A stretch of DNA of 41,781 nt, taken from the NCBI GenBank assembly GCA_026025075.1, contig JAPEUI010000012.1, forward strand, positions 186,001 to 227,781. Direction: 5' to 3'. Origin of the DNA: Vezdaea acicularis (taxonomy: Eukaryota). Below are positions 35,101-41,781 of this stretch, piece after piece. Made by a program: the position numbers and the translations under genes. How positions within the stretch are numbered: position 1 is the stretch's first letter; each line of letters opens with the position of its first letter. The notes under the pieces are model-generated. The model saw nothing but the letters and a program-made list of their open reading frames with translations, searched no databases and had not been told where the DNA came from.

Positions 35101-38100
35101 TCCTGCACTGAGCACTGAAACGTCACCTAATGATCAGGAAAGTGACCGCTTGCGCAAAGAGATCGTCCGGAGTCTGAGTCCACAAAGCTCCTCCGCTAAA
35201 GATAGCTTTAGCGCTGCCTTCGATGATAACAAGCCTGACAGAACTAAGTCTGATGCGTCTCAAATTATTGGTCAGAGTAGAGAGAGCACCTTCCTGCCGA
35301 GCGAGTATGAGAGCTACTGGGCTACGACCAGCGAGCCTTCCGAGGCGATACCTGCCCAGAGCCAAAATGTGCAGGCGAGGGATGCAGCGGCCGGACCGGC
35401 TGAAGCTACGCTCTTTCGACCTGACTTGGTATCTGAGCTCCAACTTGGAGAAGCAGGTCACGCAAATGCACCAGGTCCTCTTTTACCTGACAAGATAGCC
35501 CATGAGCCTCGGCCAGGTGTAATCAAAAATCGGTTTTCGTGGGAGACCGAAACCGACCTTTCGCCATCCACACCTGCGGATGTGTACAATCGGCCAGCAA
35601 TGCCTACAATGCCAATAAATGTCCCATCGAAGGAGCAGTCGACTCAGTCGAAGGCCTCGCCGCCTTATTCAAACCCCTCTAATACCGCTGCTGTTTCTGG
35701 CTCATCTCTGCCAAACTCACAAGACCGAGCTCCAGCTGCTAGCTCACCCCAAGGTCAAGAAGGAGGGTTGCTACGCTTGGCGAAACAGCAGCCCATTGGC
35801 GAAGGGCTCGAGCACATTGGAGATGTCGAGGGAGACAAAGAGCCTGCTAGCGACAGAGTCGTGCCTGTTGAAGGCCGAAGTGTTCCGGAAATCAAAGGCT
35901 TTCATGAGCTAAGTGGAGAACCTGGTGAAAGGGAATTTTCAGACCCCACAGAAACCTCGCTGCAGCATACAGGTGGCGTTTCAAGCGAGCCTTCCGAATT
36001 CCATGGAGCAAAACCTTTCACGAGCGGCTCTTCTATAACATCATCCGCTAATGCGTCCTTACCTTTCGTCACGGGGAGTCAGAACATGGCTGTCGATGTG
36101 CCATCCTTCAGGCAAATATTAGCTATGAAATCGCCATCTGATCGGATCCTTACATACAACAGCTCTAGAGCGCATTTCGCAAATGAGCCTTCGGGTCTAA
36201 ACTACTGGATGGCGCAAGTTGTTTCCCAGACCCCAGAGCACAGAACGCTGTTCGCTAAGTCGGCCGATGGCCGTGAAGGTAACTGGAATCTTCCAGGCGC
36301 ATCAACGGGAGTCATGCCTTCTGGGTCTGGGGCGCACTCAGGGGATATTTCAAGTACACAGCCTATGGCGCAGCCATATTACCAGCAGTACGTTCAGGCC
36401 GCAAACTCTCCAACATCTCCGCCAGGGTCAGCACCACCCAAGCAGTACCCGGCAGGACCCCCCAGCGGATCGCAAGGGTTTTCTCCTAGCGGCAACAAGC
36501 TTTCAACTCAACAAGTCCAAGCGAAAGGCAAGGATCTCTTGCATACTGCAGGTGTGTTCAGCGGTAAAGCAAATCACGCCGCCAAAGGCTTGTTTGCCAA
36601 GGGCAGAAGTAAATTCAGAGGAAGTGGGGGTGGCGACAAGGTAGAGCATTGATTATCTCATTCGATCAATCACGTTTGCTTTCCAGCTTTGGCGAAAATT
36701 TTGTCGCGGATCCAACGATGTCTATAGGAAGTGATGGATTTACAGCTGTATCGAGCCCTCTCTTTCATTCGCATTGTTGGAACTATGTTTGTAAGAGTAG
36801 GAAGATCAAGCCTTCATTTCCCAATCAAGTTTTGTCTCAACCTTCTCAAAATATTTGCCTGAGTGAACATCAATTTGACGTAACTAGGGCTTTCCTTCGC
36901 TGCAACCTTCGCCTCTGGGTCCTAGCCGTGCCCAATCGATACAAGCACCAGGGCCCGAGACCGTCCCAATGTCTCATGAGCCAGTTGAATTCCCAACAGG
37001 CGGAAAAGGATCTGCATCACAGTATAATCAGAGCGCCCCTATACACCATTCGACATCGCAACGTCAAGATGCAGCACTGTTCTATGAACAACAAAGACTC
37101 CGAAGTCAAGATCCATCTTATTCACTACATACACCGCAAATTGGCTCGCCGCCTATGCTACCAACGAGTTCTTTAGATAACCGGCATCGTCAATCACTGT
37201 CATATGGTTCTGATTCCCCTACTTCTTTGGCACCAGGCTCGCCACGGGCCAGATTCTCGGATCAGCATTTAACGGAACCTATGCCCTCGAAGCTCGTTGA
37301 AGTCGGATCTCAATATCATCCGGCGAACAGAAATCAACGACAGGCTCAAGAGGGGGTTGAGAATCTGGAAAAGTTGGGTTCAGCACCATCGTACACCTCA
37401 ACTCAGCCTTACCAGCCGTCTCCAGCCACCGACCTTTCGCGCGGATCTACACCCTCAATCGGGAATGATCAGATAACTTCTACAACCAGCAATGATCCGG
37501 GAGAGGATTTCGGGAGGGGTATTAAAGCTGAGAGAAATGATGGCAAGAAGCCAGGGATGCGTAGAAGTGCTAGTCCCGGAAAACCAGCAAAAGCAGATCA
37601 GATCCCCGAAACGGACTCAGATGTACCTTCAAAACAGCCAGTTTCCCCTATAGAAGAGAGTTTCGACCAAAAACCCTCTAGCCCAAATTCCGCCTCCAAC
37701 CCTCAACCGTCCCTGCTGGCAGAGGGTATGGGTCACCACGGAAAGGGGTTCAGTAAAGGTGGTACTCGCGATTTAGCATTTAGCGACGCCAAACAAAAGG
37801 ATGGTTACAGCACAGAATTTGAGGCTGCTGAGCACGGTCATGGTACAGCACCACTTGATGAGGACAAAGATACTCAATTCCGAGCCAACCAGCGTAAGGA
37901 TAACTAACCCTCAAACAACAGGTCTCGTATTAACACTGAGTCTGCAGGTCCGCAGCCTATCCAACCGCCAACAAGCAAATTTAAGGTACCGCAGAATGTA
38001 ACAAATCCAGAGATGTCAACTGTACTAGGAGATATGAGCTTAGTTGGTGCAGAGACTGAGAGTATGAGGGAGCACTCTGGAAAACCAGAGAATGCAGATG

Positions 38101-40473
38101 TTTCTGACGGGGGCCTTCCGGACAATAAGGATTTAAGACCGCGCGGAACTGATTACGAAAGATCTCTTTCACTTCAAACACAACCGTTGCAGCTTGAACT
38201 TGATCGAGAAGCCCCGGGAGCTCCACTTCGCCCACTTTCTTTTGTCCCAGCTTCTCCTAGCTCTGATGGACAGCCTCCTCAAGATTATCTGCCCCAGCAG
38301 GCGTCGTTGCAACCGTCGCAATCACCACAAAACTTGATATCGAACCAGCAAAAGCCCAGCGGAAGCTCCTTCAACCAGCACGTTCCTCCATCTGCTGTGC
38401 CCGTCCAGCGAACTGACAGCCCTGAGTGGCACACCCTACCTCGAGGTCCTAGCTTGAGCTCTTCTCCCACTTTACACCATGAGCCAGGTGGTAGAGGAGC
38501 GCCCCCTCCTGTTATGCTTCAAAAGCAGCTGCCTGTGCATCCCATTTCCCCAAGGGATCGAACTGAGCAGGCTCGAAGTCCTGCAATTCCCGAAGGCTAT
38601 GTCCGTAGACAACAGTCTGAGGAGCAGTATGGTTACTATTCTCCTCAGATAGCTCAAGTAACACGGCCGATCTCACAGACGACGACTTTGATGCCCGGGC
38701 ACGCAGCTGATCTCGGAAATCGTTACGACGGCCCCCTTCCGGTCCCTCAAGATACGGCGTCTGCGCCCTTTTTACAGAGACAAGAATATAGCCCTACAAA
38801 TAAACCACTGCCCCAACAAGGCGCGACCTCCCCAGAGCGGACTAGACGTGGATCTGGTATCTTCAAGGGTTTTGGCAGTAAACCATCTAAAGTTGGAGAT
38901 CCTCCGAGTAAACGCTCAACAGGACTGCACTCGCCCCAAGCAACAACACCACTAGAACGGCCACATTCTGTGGCGTCATCTGGGAATACAGAGCCACAGA
39001 GGAAAAACACTAATCTGTTCAGTCGACTCACCGGTCAAGCGGCGAACGAGCAAAAGCCGCCAGGTAGTCGCGAGTCTCTCGTTGCGCATCCTAGTCGTTC
39101 GCGCACCGACCTATTGGCTGAACCACCCTTATCACCCCAAAGACGGCAGACAACGCTATCGTCCCCACAGAACCAGCATGCATTCACTGCTGGACTGCAG
39201 AAGTTATCTAAGCCCAAACCCTCCCCTGCAAGACAGCCGGCACGATCGTCGACCTCGAAACCTTCGTCGAATATTTCTGGTAGTTCGGGAGGCAAGAAGA
39301 ACCGATTCTCTTCAGGTTTTGACGTAAGCCACCCTCTGGATGATAGTAGAGAAATACTGATCCTCGCAGAAAATATTTGGCAGTTCGCGAAAATTATCTT
39401 CTCTCCAACCTGAACCAGTACAAAAACCGCCTGAATACGCGCCTCGCACGCAACTAAGTAGGGTCGCGACTGCGCTGGATGCAACACCGAACTCGCTACC
39501 TAAAACTACCGAACGAGGGGCTCGACCAAAGAAAAAAGGCTCAAGGGACTCAATATCTCAGGGTGCCCGACACCAGGGAGCTACTTCTGTTGGTCACGAC
39601 AGGGCAGGCAGACCGCCCGCAGTTCTGGGACAATATGAAAGTCTTCCAATTCCAGCGCCCTATCAGCGTGTTCAAGGCGAATTTGAAACGCTCGCCAACC
39701 GCTCGGTATCAGTAGGCCACACTCCAACATTCGATCAACAGAGGACTCAAGACATCGCGTCTACTCATCCTGAGCCACATGAGAGAGTGGTTGATAAATC
39801 TAGTGAAAGAGCATCGTTTCAAGATGGATATTTAAAAGGCTATCCGCCACAATCTCACTCCTCTCAAAGGGAAGCTTCTACACAGCTAGATCAATCACAA
39901 GCAGGTAGAACAGCAAATACCGGAAGCCCCGACCCAGGTTTGACAAGTTCATCCACAAAAGGAATCCCGCCGGGTAGCCACCGCCAAGTTGTCGACCCTG
40001 ATAACCGGGTTCGGAGCTCTCAGCAAAGTCCCTGGACTTTGAGTATTCCCGACGAGAGTGTCGAAGAGTCAAATCAAAAGTACCGCTTCCAAGAAGTACA
40101 TCCGTTCAGCGAAGGATACTCGATTGGTACAAACTCTTGGGACCAACCATTGCTTCAACCTGTTCGATCGGAACAATTAAGATCTGAGCAGCGTCATGTG
40201 ATGGGGAGCCCCCAAAGCCCCACCAGCCAACCATTGCCTGAATCAACAGTCACTTCTCCAATAAATCCAGAGGCTAGCCATATACCACCACCACCTCCCC
40301 CAAAAATACCCATGACTAGGGTTGACGAAAAAGAAGTCGCCCTGAGGGACCGAAGACCAGAATCCTTCAAGAAAGATGATAGTGATGAAGAGATCATGAT
40401 GACGAGTACTGCGTTTCCGGGACAAGAGTGGGCCCCGGCAGGATATCTGAACTGGGATGGAGAGGGTGACTAA
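32142..40473 (+). CDS. Very large, mostly disordered S/P/Q-rich protein (about 2,642 aa long form; about 1,484 aa short form ending at 36652)
   Basis: Hand-built exons 32142-32182, 32239-36640, 36888-37893, 37948-39323, 39370-40473 total 7,929 nt and stay in frame. Motif-like islands: SFKTNVNRNKTQRW..YSYDGDDWG, IRPSDIYKR, ESDRLRKEIVRSL, FLPSEYESYW, MTSTAFPGQEW. The 3' half may instead be a separate gene. Confidence 0.7.
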
Positions 40474-41485
40474 GTTGTCTAGACTTATAAGCATCTCCAG
40501 TTTATCAAGTCTTGCCGAACCCAGTCTTTAGGTTCCCTCCGTTATGTAGTATCGATGCCAACCCAGAAGATCAGAAATTAAAGAAGCTCGTCTGCTGCTG
40601 TAATTATGTAGATTGGTTGGTCTTTCTCGACGGTCTTGCAAAATAGCCGTACAGTGGTAATGCTGTTTGAGATGATTGCCATTTGCACTGACTACTAGCC
40701 GCCGCATTCCTGTCTGTTTATTGTTGAGGACTTGATAGAGTTCCAGTTGTGTCTGTTGAGCTAGTGTCCATAGTAAGCAAAGGCTCCAAAACAGGCAAAC
40801 GCAGAGAAACCTTACTTGGTGAAAGCCCAACATGCTTTGTTTCGTGCACATACATTCTTCCGCGGCTTTTTGCTTGACACCGTAACACCGTCGCAAACGA
40901 CGGGGTAGGAGTATCCTCTCCATTGGAAAGACTCGCTCACGAGTGCTCTCCTCTGGGAGAAGTCCCCTTGAGCGCCCCTCTACAACCTCTGCTTTGAGTA
41001 TTTTTCATCCCTCCAGATCACACCATTTAATCAGTGGTCGACTGAGATCTTCAACACTTAGACGTCATCCAAATAGTTGAATTACACACCGTAAGACCGT
41101 GATACTGTTTGCGGTTGGCCCACACCGCAGACATGCCCTTAGTACGGTCTGTAGGCGGGACAAACTATACAGACCGGATCTTCAAAAAAGACAGATAGAG
41201 AAGAGAAAGTGGATAGGGGATTTACCAGTTATAAGGACTGGATTCTCGCTAGAGGAGGCCGAGGAATCCCAACAAAATTTTTTCGCTTTTTCGACCAAAC
41301 ACGGCTCTTGGCCGGATTGTCGCAATATCGAGGCCACTTCACGACTTTCATTTTTCATGGTAATCGCAAGACTTGTATATCCGTCGATTTGTACCCTCTA
41401 GCCGGCGCGTTCAACACAGGAAAATCATTCTTTGGTGGATTTGTGCCCGGATGTATGTGGCACGTTAAATGGTTTAGAAATTCTG

Positions 41486-41499
41486 CTAACCCTAACCCT
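41486..41499 (-). repeat. Inverted interstitial telomeric motif (2.3 units)
   Basis: CTAACCCTAACCCT on the + strand, which is the reverse complement of the terminal TTAGGG array. Confidence 0.9.
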
Positions 41500-41656
41500 G
41501 CTCTATTAACCATTGTTACTGCCACTTGCCGCGTAGAACTGGCAATAAGATCAAAAGTTAAGCTTAAATGCTTGAAGAAGTTCATCTACACGTAATTAAG
41601 GCTTTGAACATGGCACCAGTGCCCGCTTTTGCGTTAAACTCGGCGGCCGAAACACT

Positions 41657-41781
41657 TTAGGGTTAGGGTTAGGGTTAGGGTTAGGGTTAGGGTTAGGGTT
41701 AGGGTTAGGGTTAGGGTTAGGGTTAGGGTTAGGGTTAGGGTTAGGGTTAGGGTTAGGGTTAGGGTTAGGGTTAGGGTTAGG
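41657..41781 (+). repeat. Telomere, (TTAGGG)n
   Basis: 125 nt of perfect TTAGGG (20 full units plus TTAGG) with the G-rich strand running 5'->3' to the window end. Confidence 0.99.

Noticed and set aside
40528..41595. Short ORFs near the telomere as remnants of a telomeric retroelement or TLH helicase
   Set aside because: No reverse-transcriptase, endonuclease or RecQ motifs seen, and the internal telomeric motif is oriented opposite to what terminal retrotransposition would leave.
41300..41656. Full telomerase RNA gene around the CTAACCCTAAC motif
   Set aside because: Only 157 nt lie between the motif and the telomere, too little for the downstream pseudoknot and three-way-junction domains of filamentous-fungal TER. 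Kept only as a template-like element.
1..41781. CRISPR arrays, tRNA, rRNA, snRNA or prokaryotic mobile elements
   Set aside because: The window is eukaryotic and I saw no such signatures by eye; tRNAscan-SE and cmscan would be needed to exclude small RNAs formally.

Overview
Eukaryotic DNA: the last 41.8 kb of a chromosome arm from a filamentous ascomycete (Pezizomycotina-type genes, short GT-AG introns with CTRAC-like branch sites), ending in about 21 perfect TTAGGG repeats. About 14 genes can be modelled by eye, nearly all intron-containing: an F-box protein, a multi-pass membrane protein, a Cys-containing secreted protein, an AspE-like septin, an ANXC4-like annexin, GPI2/PIG-C, two small membrane proteins, a double-Myb telobox (Tay1/Teb1-like) protein, RPS4, HOM2, a DLD1-like D-lactate dehydrogenase, SED5, and a roughly 2,640-aa disordered protein that the ORF track splits into four pieces. 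I saw no transposons, TLH helicases or subtelomeric repeat blocks; housekeeping genes run almost to the telomere. Best leads: (1) an inverted telomere motif (CTAACCCTAACCCT) 157 nt from the telomere, sitting in the loop of a predicted stem; (2) a structured RPS4 intron whose stem covers the likely branch point; (3) nested short and long isoforms of the giant protein; (4) a telomere-repeat-binding-type gene on the same chromosome end. All exon boundaries and RNA pairings were derived by hand and need RNA-seq and folding or covariance checks.
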